64,000 bases of DNA, taken from NCBI GenBank assembly GCA_021792255.1, contig JAJYUZ010000001.1, forward strand, positions 256,001 to 320,000, read 5' to 3'. A program made the translations under genes and the position numbers. Below, one piece after another: positions 27,488 to 39,400 of the stretch (positions are counted from its first letter, which is position 1; each line of letters opens with the position of its first letter). The notes under the pieces are model-generated. The model did not search any database. It was not told where the DNA came from and saw nothing but the letters and a program-made list of their open reading frames with translations. The stretch is from Thermoplasmata archaeon. Its GTDB lineage: Archaea > Thermoplasmatota > Thermoplasmata > Thermoplasmatales > GCA-001856825.

Positions 27488-30400
27488 TCATTTATTACCC
27501 TTAACCTTCTTAATCTTGAGGGGACTTCCCTCCCTCTTGAACAGACTCTTTCTACTGACCATAATATAGAAGACCAGGACAGCCACGATCACGGCAATTG
27601 CTGCTATTATAATCGATATCAGAAGATAGTTAGGCAGCGGAGTCACCTTCAAACTGGTTGTAACAGCATCCCCGACGACAGTGATGCTCCCCCTGACTGG
27701 AGTTCCCTGATAGCCCTGTGGGAGTGTGACTACATAAGAATACGAACCATTGGTCACGTAAAAGGTAATGGAATCTGTGGTGGAGTTTATAGTCTGAACA
27801 TTCTCCTGTCCACTTTGAGTGATCGTAGTCACAGTAACGGACCACGTTGCACCGGCTGCTAGACCGGTTTCGATTACCGTCACGGGATAAGTCACCGCAG
27901 TCCACGTTATCGTATTCTTGAAATTACTTCCGTTCACTACCACAGTTATCTGATAATCCTGTGTTTTGTATCCCGCCAATCCACCTATAGTGAAATTATA
28001 GGTACCGTTGACCTCGTTGAAAAAGATCGAGCCAGTAGAAGATCTAGTTACATTACCACTCGTGCTGACGAGCGTAACGTTCCATTTCATTCCAGAAGGC
28101 AGACCAGTTTCGGGGAACGATATGTTGTAGAGAAATGGCGAAAATGTGATCCGTTCAAAGGTAGGGGCTCCACTCACGGTGAACGTCCCACCATAGGAGA
28201 AGTATATCTTGTTCGAAGTCTCAATAATATAAGAATATGTTCCATTTGGTTGGACGAATTCCAAACTACCCCCAGTGGAATTGTAAGTCTGACCACTCGA
28301 TAGGTTGACAAACCACATCGTACCGAGGGGAAGTCCTGATTGACTGAAAGAAACGTTATAGCTCAGTAAAGAAAACTGAACGGAATCCGATGTCGGACTA
28401 CCAGCTACGGTAAATAATGATGAGAACACAACGGGTTTGTACTGTTTGTTGGCTGTGGCTAACGTGTAGGAAAATGTTCCATTGGACAGCGTAAAGGTAA
28501 TCACGCTGAAAGTTGAGGAATAAGACTGTCCGTTGGAAAGGTTCACAAACCATTCCGTTCCTGTTCTCAGCCCAGATTCAGAGAAGGTCACCCAGTAAAC
28601 GACCGGCAAGAAGACGAGAGATTGGGAGACCGTGCTACCGCTGACAGTGAACGAGAATGAGCTCACAGACTGCGATGACAACTTGTATGTCTTGTTTCCT
28701 GTCGAAATCGAATAAGAATATGTGCCGTTGGGTTCGAGGAAATTTATGTTATTAGAGACCGAGGAATACGTATTCCCGTTAGTGATGTTGACAAACCACT
28801 TCGTACCGAGGGGAAGACCAGTTTCGGAGAAAGTGACACCGTAGATAAGTTTGGTCAGAACTGTGACGCTGATTATGTTTGAGTGTACATACGCAGGGTC
28901 AGTGTTTATGTCCGTCACGTTAACATAGAACAGGTAGATGCCCGGCAGGGTAGCCGAAGAGGTAACAAACCTGTACGTCGAATTTACTGCACCGGCTACG
29001 ACCTGGAACGAAGTAGTGCCCGGCAATTGCACGTACCATTGATACGAGAACGCTCCAGATCCTCCACTTATTGAGACGTTAAGAAGGGACGAGTTTCCCC
29101 TGTCTATCACGGAAGACAACGGATTGGTCAGAGAAAGGGATCCAGACAGTTGACTGTTTACTACAAAGGTGACAGTGACTGATGCTGTTGCACCGTCTGC
29201 ATCGGTGGCAATAAATTCTACGGTATAGTTCCCCCTGGCGCTGAAAGTAATAGCGGTCCCTGAAATGGTATAATCACCAGCGGCAGAACCACCAGATGGA
29301 TACATGCCCACTAGCCAGGAATAGCGGTACGGAGGGGTTCCTCCGACAACGTTGCCATTTATGGATTGACCGACATCAGTCTGAATAGTTCCCGTGACTC
29401 CAAAGGAAGCCTTGGGGAGTGGATTTACGATTATGGTTAACGGAGAGGCTTTAGCAGACGAGTTGCCCTCAGTAACGTTAAACCAAATTTTGTAAAGGCC
29501 CGGAGTAGAGACGTTTAGGGAATAGGTGCTGGAATTTCCTACAATACCAGACACACCTCCTATCCCCCACGAGTACGAATATGAACCGGTACCTCCCAGC
29601 ACTGTTGCCTGGAAAACCTGGGCGTGGTTTACGTCTATTGCGGTTACGCCGGCAGACGGGTACGAGGAAATAGAGGCAGTCAGGCTGATGATTGCTGAGA
29701 CAGCTACATTGTAACTAGTCGATGTAGCGGAAGAATACGAATCACTAACCGCTACCTTGACGATGTAGTTGCCTGACTTGCTGAACGTCACTTGATTTCC
29801 CGAGGTGTTATAGTCTCCCGTCGCTGATCCCCCATTTGAAAGAGTCACTGTCCAGGAATAACTGAAAGGAGGAGTCCCATACCCTGATTCTACTGACGCG
29901 ACAACAGGGCTCCCGACACTCGTCGTTGCAGGGCTGATAGATATCGAAGACTGAGCAATATCGCCGTTTACCTTGACCTCCTGGTAAACGTCTCCCGTGT
30001 CTCCGACTATAGTATCCTTGACGTAGAGAAATACATAAAAAGTGCCCGACGTGCTTGAGGTAAAGGTATAGGATTGAGGAGAAGCCCCGGATGTGTACCC
30101 TGTATTGGGTGCGGAGGGTGTCGACGAATTCTGCAACACCCATTGATATTCATAGGAACCACTACCTCCACCAAAACTCCCAGTGATGGATTGGCTCTGT
30201 CCTGCGTCGATGGTCGGAACCGACGACGGAGAGGTGATCCTCACTATTACTAGACTGCTGGAATATATTTTGACCGTAGTATTGTTGTACGCAACCCTGC
30301 CGTCCGAGTCCCTAAGTTTTAGGCTCAACGTGTAATTCCCGGATTGACTCAATCCGATCTGGTGACCGTAATATGTCACAGGAGAGGAAGATCCATTTTC

Positions 30401-33400
30401 TGGCGCGACAGTCCATGTGTAGTTGAAAGGAGCAGTACCATAGCCGGGTTTTACGGTAGCATTTATCAGTCCATCAATTACGGTAGAAGTTGGAGATATT
30501 ACTATGGAGGATGTTGTGGGTAGTCTGTTAACGGTGACGAGAAGAAGAGTCGAGTTACTCGCGGGGGAATAAGCGCTATCGGTAATCACGAGATAGTATG
30601 TGTAATTGCCTGGGACCGTCGGAGTCTGTAGCAAAGATAGAGTACTGTTGTTAAACCGTCCTGATGCATTTGTTCCGCTTATCTTATCGCCACTCGAAGT
30701 TCCGTTCCTGTACCACTGATACGAGTAGGATGGAGTCCCTCCCTTTATCTTCAGAGTCGAGCTCAGACTAGTGGAGTTTCCTACGTCAAGGGAGGATGCA
30801 GTTGCCTGGATGGTGAAGTTGACAACGAGAGGCGAACTCACGTCTATACCCACAGTCTCAGTGGATGTAGCCCCGTACTTGTCTTCCACCTTTATGAAGA
30901 CAAAGTAATTCCCTGTCCCCGTAAATGTCAGGACGTTGTCAACGTAATTGGAATTGCTGCTTCCCAGAGTATAATCCTTCGCAGGCGTATTGTTGCTTGA
31001 GTAATTAACTATCCAAGAGAACGTAAAAGGGGGGGTTCCTGTACCGGACTGAACAGTGACAACCCATGGAGTACCTTGATCCAGGGTTATTGTTGGGTCA
31101 CTGCTTCCACCAAATGTTTTTTTTTGCTCTTGTATGAGGGGTTGCAACCCCGAACCGTACTGGGAAGAATTTGTCGCGGACTGCACACCGCTCGAACTGC
31201 CCGGTTGGAGGACGATGATCGGGGATGGATTGACCGTTATTAGAGCGGATGATGAAGCCACGACTCCCACCGAATCGACCACGGTCAGCGTGATCGTGAA
31301 ATTACCAGTATCGGCGAAGGTGAAGGTGTTGCCTGCCTGCGTAATGCCCTGTCCAGAAGGATAGGACCAGATGTAAGTGTATGGCTGGGTCCCGTTCACG
31401 GTTGTGTTCGTGAAGGTCACACTGTTACCGGTGTCGATGGTGGTCGAGGAAGGCGAGATACTGACAGTGGGTAGTGCGTTGACTGTCACGGTTATTGAAT
31501 TCGTTGACGTGACCGTATCTCCCAGCGAATCGGTAACTACTGAGCTGACGTCATACTGTCCTGCAAGAGAGAAGGTGATAGTGTTCCCGCTAATGGAATA
31601 TGCTCCGAACTTGATCCCTCCACCGAGAGAAGACACAGAATAGCCTACTGTGTAGGTACCAGTCCCACCGGACACCGAGTTCGAAAAAGTGACAGTCTGT
31701 CCATTGTCCACCGTGGTGGGTGTCACAGCAGATATGGTGATCGAGAGCGGGGCATTGACCGTAATGATAGCGGAAATAGACGCGCTAAGTCCGTCTTCGT
31801 CCACTACTTTGACCGTCACAGAATAGGCCCCTCCCGTATTGAAAGTTATCTGATTGCCTGAAGACGTATAATCCCCAGAAGCGGAGCCTCCTCCCGACAG
31901 CGTAACGGTCCATAAATATACGAAGGGGAGAGTCCCATAACCAGACTGAACGGAGACCGAGACGGGACTGCCTATGTCCGGGTTGGTGGGCGAAATGGAG
32001 AGTGCAGAGGAAGTTAGAGCGTTAACTACATTGACCGTAATCGGTGAAGAGGTGCCGGTAATGCCAGTATTGTCGACCTCAGTCGCAACGACTACGAAAT
32101 GCCACTCCCCTATTGTAGTAAGGCTACCCGTTCCGACCTTCTCTGGGAAGGTACTGAATTGAGTCGTTGTAGCTATAACAGAGAATGTCGTTGATCCCGG
32201 AGCCTCAGCCTTTAGCTGCGCGGTGTAGGGTCCTGTTCCAGTTATGCTAGTGATGCTAATGTTGGTAGAAGTACCGCTATCCATAGTAGCCGCTGCCGAG
32301 ATCGTGACGTTCAAGGAAGAATAGACTATGATAGGTTGAGAGTTCACAGAAATAGTGGCGACAGCGAAACCGCTGGCCCCCAATGAATCATTTACGTACA
32401 GTTTGATTGTGAAGTTCCCGGTGTTCGTGAAATTGAACAGATTCCCGACGTGTGTTATTCCAGAACCACTAGGATACCCCCATCCGTATGTCGTGGGAGC
32501 AGTCCCACCAGTACTCGAGTTGCTGAATGTCACGGAAGCACCTACGTCGATAGTGGCGGATGAGGGGGTGATCGTAACGGAAGGCAAGGTGTTTACGGTG
32601 ATCGTCTTGGTAATGCTCGCCGTTTCACCTGCGGAGTCTTTTACCGTGGCGGTTACCGAGTAAATGCCGGCCTTTGTGAACGTGACCTTGTTCCCGGAAG
32701 TTGAGTAATATCCGGAAGCTGAGCCAGAAGGGTAGAGAGTGACTGTCCAGCTGTACGAGTATGGAGGTACTCCGGCTCCAGAGGAGACAGTGACAGAGAT
32801 CGCGAAGCCAACATCGGTCGTGGCTGGAGTAACAGTCAGTGACGAAGACGTCAGACTGCTTACGACCGTAACGGTGACCGAGGTTGTGGAACTGACGGTT
32901 CCGGTCGAGTCGACCACCGTCACATAATATGTTGTGGTAGACGTCAGAGCGGGAGTCTTAAAAGGATTACCGCTGTAGAGAAGATTGGTCAACGCCGAAT
33001 TGGAATACCACTTGAAGGCGTAACCCACTCCCGTTCCTCCAGAGGCTGTGGCAGTAAGAGTCGCTGAAGATCCGCTGCCAACGGTCGTAGAGAGCACAGT
33101 CACCTTTGGATCAGAGTTTACGACGACCGAGGCCGAATTAGATTTCGCGGTGGAGAGTGGAGATGCACCAGAAGTTACTCCAGCATCGGTGAACACGAAG
33201 TAGTATGAGCCGTTGGATTGAGGATTGAAGGCATACGAAGCCACCTTGCCGGTACCTGACGTGACCAGGGAATTCGAAGAAGTATAGAGGGACCACGAGA
33301 AAGTTCCCGTACCTCCGTTCACAGTAGACGAAAGGGTCACTGACTGGCCTGCATCAACAATCGTTGATGTAGGTTGGACAGACACGGATAAGGAAGGATC

Positions 33401-36400
33401 TACGACCACGGACACAGTCGTGGAAAAGACGTACTGAGTGCTGTTGTCTGTCACATTGAGATATATCTTATATGCTCTAGCGGAGCTCCCCGCAAAGGAA
33501 TAACTTTTCTCCTTTCCGACGATCGCCGAGCTCCCTCCAATCGACCAGGAATAGGAGAAGGAGCCTGAGCCCCCACTGATGGAAGAGGTCAGGGATATGG
33601 TCTGACCAACATCTATCTGTGAGGAAGACGGTGTGATAGTAACGGTGGGTTGAGTGTTTACAGTTATGGTTGCCTGATTGGAAGTAGCGGTCGCAGCAGG
33701 AGTAGCACCCAAGGTTACTCCCGTGTCTGTGAAGACGAAGTAGTAGGATGTTGTAGTGGTGGGGGAGAGTTGGTAGGATGCTGTTGCCCCTGCCCCTGAA
33801 GCTACCACAGAATTCGAGGATGTGAAGAGAGACCATGAGAACGTCCCAGTTCCACCAGAGACTGTGGATGTAAGGGTGACGGATTGACCGGAGTCAATAG
33901 TCGAGGAAGTCGGCTGCACAGAGATCGCAGGAGCAGCATATACCGTGACTCTCGCTGTCGTAGAGAACACAAACGCTGAATAAGTCCCAGTATCGGTCAC
34001 GTTCAACCAGACCACATAGGTACCGGATGTGGCTTCCGAGAAAGAGACGGAGGTGGCGGTATTTACTATATTCATTGGATTGCCATTTACAGACCACGAA
34101 TAAATGAACTGAGCGGTTCCGCCAGAAACTGAAGAAGTAAGTGTAATAGATTGGCCAGAATCTATACTTGATATCGAAGGAGAAATGGTGACTGTCGGAA
34201 CAGAATCTACCGTGATTGATACCTCTGCCGGGGAAAGCTGATAATTTGGCGTTGTGCCAACATCTGTGACGTTGAGCCATACCACGAACGGACCCGCGGT
34301 AGTGCCATAGAATTTGTATGTGCTTCCGGTCCCGACTACCTTCGAGCTTCCGCCTATGCTCCAGAAGTATGAGAATTGTCCCGTTCCACCAGACGTAGAA
34401 GACGCCAGAGTTACGGACTGACCAGTGTCTAGCACAGCTGAAGATGGAGATACCGAGACCGTTGGGGCTAAAGTCACGGTGATGGTCGCAGAAGTAGAAG
34501 TTGCTGAAGCAACGGGAAAAGCCCCTGATGAAACACCGGTATCAATGAAGACGAAGTAGTAGGATGTTGTAGTGGCGGGGGAGAGTTGGTAGGACGCTGT
34601 TGCGCCAGTCCCTGAAGCTACCACGGAATTCGAGGATGTGAAGAGAGACCATGAGAACGTCCCAGTCCCACCAGAGACGGTGGATGTAAGGGTAACGGAT
34701 TGACCGGAATTTATTGACGTCGACTTGGGTTGAACGGAAATAGTGATCGCGGAATCGAGTGTCACTGACGCTTTAGAAGAGGTTGCAGTTAGGGACGGAG
34801 AGGCCCCTGAGGTCGTTCCAGTATCCGTGAACACTACATAGACTCCAGTATCCGCAGAAGAGAACGTCTGGGAAGCCGTAAGACCAGTGCCGGATGCTCC
34901 AGATATCTTACCAGAAGAATCGTACCACTGCCACGAAAACGAGCCAGTACCACCAACTGCTGTTGAGGTTATCGTGATGGACTGACCGGAGTCAATGGTC
35001 ACAGAGGATGGCTGAGAGGAGATAGAGGGAGCGGCGAAGACCGTGACGGTTATTGCCCCTGTCGTCGATGATTGTCCATCGCTTGAAGTGATTTGCAAGT
35101 AAAATAGATAGGTTCCCTTTCCGACCGGAGCGAAGAAGTGACTAATAGCAGTTCCCGAAGTGGCAGGACCGGATAGGCCAATCTTCGAACCGCCAGATGT
35201 ACCGTTAAGGTACCATTGATAAGAATACGGAAGTACCCCACCGCTTATGGTCGGGGTAACACTGAGGGATAAGCTCTGTCCAACGTCGAGAGATCCACTT
35301 CCAGAAGATGGGGTGTTTGTGACGAAAGTGACGCTCAGAGTCCCTGGATTTACCTGTACCGTCACGCTGACGGAAAGGGTGTATGGAGGCGTGGTGCCGA
35401 CATCGGTGACGTTTAGCCAGATTTTGTACGATCCAGTGGAAGACTCTGAAAAGGTGTAGGCGTTGGTCGTACTTACGACCGTTGTACTTCCACTTATCGT
35501 CCACGCATAAGTGTATTTACCACTACCGCCCGAAGTAGTCGAAGTGAAGGTCTGTGACTGCCCCAGAGTAAGGGTTGCTGAAGAGGGGCTCACGCTTGGC
35601 GACAATGGGGGATTGACGGAAACAGGTGCATTGCTTGAGGACAAGGTCGAAACGGGAGTCGCTCCAGAAGTGACTCCTGTGTCGGTGAAGACGAAGTAGT
35701 AGGATGTTGTAGTGGTGGGAGATAGCAAATATGATGCCTTTGATCCTGTCCCGGAAGCTACCAAAAAGTTTGAAGAGGTGTAGAGGGACCAGGAGTATGT
35801 TCCTGTTCCTCCAGTAACGGTGGATGTAAGAGTTATGGACTGACCCGAATCTATCGTTCCGGAAAGAGGCTGCACCGATATTGAAAGAGCAGAGTCCAGT
35901 GTTACTGTCACCACCGAGGATTTTACCATTGAAGAAGGTGTCGCAACTGAACTGGTTCCGGTATCTGTGAACACAACGTATATGCCGGTGTCTCCACTGC
36001 TAAACGTCGCAGTTGCGACCGACCCAGTTCCAGAGTCTCCCGTTATCGGCCCGCTAGAGTCGTACCACTGCCACGAATATTTCCCAGTTCCACCAGAGAC
36101 TGTGGAGGTCGGAGAAATGGATTGTCCGCTGTCTATTGTCGCAGAGGTTGGCTGACTGGAAATTGAAAGTGCCGATTCGACCGTTATCGTTACAGAAACT
36201 GGTGAGAAAGCGTAGTTGGGCGTCGTTCCAGTATCCGTGACGTTGAGCCACACTTTGTAAGTGTCCGGGGTCGCTAGCGAGAATGTGTATGAGGGACTCT
36301 GACCTACTACCGTCGAACTGCCGTTGATGCTCCAAGAATAAGCGAAGGATCCAGATCCTCCTGAGACCGTCGAAACCAATGCTACAGACTGGCCCGCATC

Positions 36401-39400
36401 TATTACTGCGGAAGACGGCGTCACGGTAACTGTTGGAGCACTGTTGACTGTAACTGTCGCGGAGTTTGACTTAGCAGTCGCAATCGGAGTCGCGCCAGAT
36501 GAAACCCCTGTGTCGGTGAATACGAAGTAGTAGGATGTTGTAGTGGCGGGGGAGAGTTGGTAGGACGCTGTTGCGCCAGTCCCTGACGCGACTCGGGTGT
36601 TTAGAGACGTGTAGAGGGACCACGAGAAAGTTCCCGTTCCACCAGAGACGGTGGATGTAAGGGTAACTGACTGACCGGAGTTGATAGTAAATGACGAAGG
36701 CTGCGTAGAAACAGTCAGGGAATTGTCGACTGTGACGGCCACATTTGAAGAACTCGCCGTTGCTGCGGGAGAGGCCCCTGAGGTCGTTCCAGTATCCGTG
36801 AACACTACATAGACTCCAGTATCCGCAGAAGAGAACGTCTGGGAAGCTGTAAGACCAGTGCCGGATGCTCCAGATATCTTACCAGAAGAATCGTACCACT
36901 GCCACGAAAACGAGCCAGTACCACCAACTGCTGTTGAGGTTATCGTGATGGACTGACCGGAGTCAATGGTCACAGAGGATGGCTGAGAGGAGATAGAGGG
37001 AGAGACATAGACGGTGAGGGATGCGGTAGAAGAGAAGGTATATGACGTAATGCTATCTGTAACCGTTAGAACCACTCTGTAGGTTCCACTCGTGGTTTGT
37101 GTAAACGAATAGGAAGACTTGGTTCCCAGAACGGTAGAACTACTTCCGATAGTCCAGGAATATGAGAATGAACCAGACCCCCCGTTTACTGATGATGTCA
37201 AGAGCAAGGATTGTGAGGTATCAACAATCGCTGATGATGGAGAGACAGTAACCGTCGGGACGGTGTATACTGTTATGGTTGCCTGATTGGAAGTAGCGGT
37301 CGCAGCAGGAGTAGCACCCAAGGTTACTCCCGTGTCTGTGAAGACGAAGTAGTAGGATGTTGTAGTGGTGGGGGAGAATTGATAGGATGCTGTAGCTCCT
37401 GTACCTGAATTAATAAGGGAGTTCGAAGAGGTATAGAGAGACCATGAGAAAGTTCCGGTCCCACCAGAGACGGTGGAAGTGAGCGTGATTGTCTGGCCCG
37501 CATCTATAGACCCCGAAGAAGGTTGAACAGAAATTGACAGCGATCCGTCGACCACAACGGAGACCGTGGAAGAGGCGACTGTAGCAGTCGGAGAGGCTCC
37601 CGAGGTGGTTCCAGTATCCGTGAACACTACATAGACTCCAGTATCCGCAGAAGAGAACGTCTGGGAAGCCGTAAGACCAGTGCCGGATGCTCCAGATATC
37701 TTACCAGAAGAATCGTACCACTGCCACGAAAATGGACCTGTCCCATCGACAGCTGTAGATGTGATCGTTATAGATTCACCCGAATCGATTGTAGCGGACT
37801 TAGGTTGAACAGACACGGACGGATAGACATTCACAGCGATCGGAACTTTTGCCGAAACGACAAGAGGCGAATAGGTACCGGTATCGGTGACGTTGAGCCA
37901 CACCGTATAAGTTCTGGCGGAAGATTCTGTGAAGGAGAAAGTGGATGAAGTTCCGACTACGCTGGGACTTCCTCCGATGGTCCAGGAGTATGAATAGAGA
38001 CCAGAACCTCCATTCACGGTCGCTGTTAGAAGCAAGCTCTGGGACAAGTCTATGGTGGCAGAAGCCGGAGAAACGCTGACGGTTGGAGAAGAGTCCACAG
38101 TTATTGTAATAGAAACCGGCGAAAGCGAATAATCAGGTGATGTGCCGGTGTCTGTGACGTTGAGCCACACTTTGTAGGTTCCAGCTGTATCTTCGGTGAA
38201 TGATAAGGTCGTTGCAGTCCCGACCACTACCTGACTACCACCGATCGTCCATGAATACGAAAATGAGCCAGATCCACCACTAACAGAAGACGACAGAACC
38301 AGCGACTGGGATGTATCGATCGTTGGAGAACTGGGTAAGAGCGAAACGATTGGTAATTGGTTTTCCTTTACTACAGCTCCATTCGTGGTGACACTTTGGC
38401 CAGATGAATCTTTGAAAACAACATAGTAAGTACCGTTTTGAGTGGGGGTGTAAGTCGAAGTTGCACCACTACCAGAACTACCGGAGATTGCAACTCCGCT
38501 CCCCGGTGACCCAGAGTACCATTGCCAAGTGTACGATCCGCTTCCGTACTCGACAGTTGTTGTTAGAGTTATGAATACCTGGCCGGGATCTATAGAATAT
38601 GACTGGGGTTGAACTTGAACTGTAAGGGGTGACACGACCGTTACCGTTAAAGAAGAACTGACTATGGAGCTAGCTGCGTCCTCAACGCTCAGTGTCACTA
38701 TATAATTGCCTGTTGATGTAAAGGTAAAGGTGTTGCCTGGGTTGCTGGATTGTGTCCATCCCGTGGATGGGGAAACCGAATAAGAGTATGTGTAAGGCTC
38801 AGTTCCTCCCTGAGTAATGTTTGTAAACGTTATGGAACTACCCGCGCCTACCTGAGTACCAACAGGAGAGGACAGCGAAACGGAGAGTTCAGGATTTACA
38901 GTAATTGTCACAGGAGCCGAGGTGGCGACCTTGGAAGTGCTGTCCGTGATCTCAAACTCAAATGCCCACGTTCCGGTAGTTGTGAGAATCCCCGTCGATA
39001 CCGATGCCGCCGAAAGATCGGTGGGGCTGATATAGAATTGATTGGTTAAGTTCAAAAATGAAGACGCTAAAGGAGGTTCTTCCAGCCATTGACCTTTGTA
39101 GGGCGTTATTCCTCCTCCAACTGAAGTCAGAATGAGAGTGGCGGACTGTCCGCTGTCTAGGGTAGTCAGTCCCGACACGGATATCGTCGCACTGAGCAGG
39201 GAATTGATAGTGACAGTCTCCGTCAGGGATGCTGTCACTCCGTTTGCATCAGTTACGGTAACTGTGACTGTGTAGGTACCTGGCGTGTTGAAAACTATCT
39301 GGTTCCCTGTTGTGCTGTAATCCCCAGGAGCGGGTTGGCCAGAAGAAGTCGTCACTGCCCATGAATAACTGAATGGCGCAACTCCATATCCCGACTCGAC

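Noticed and set aside
33600-37800. Repeats in the giant gene as a CRISPR array or DGR template/variable repeat pair
   Set aside because: They are long, in-frame coding modules with no regular spacers, no adenine-specific mismatch pattern and no reverse transcriptase in the window
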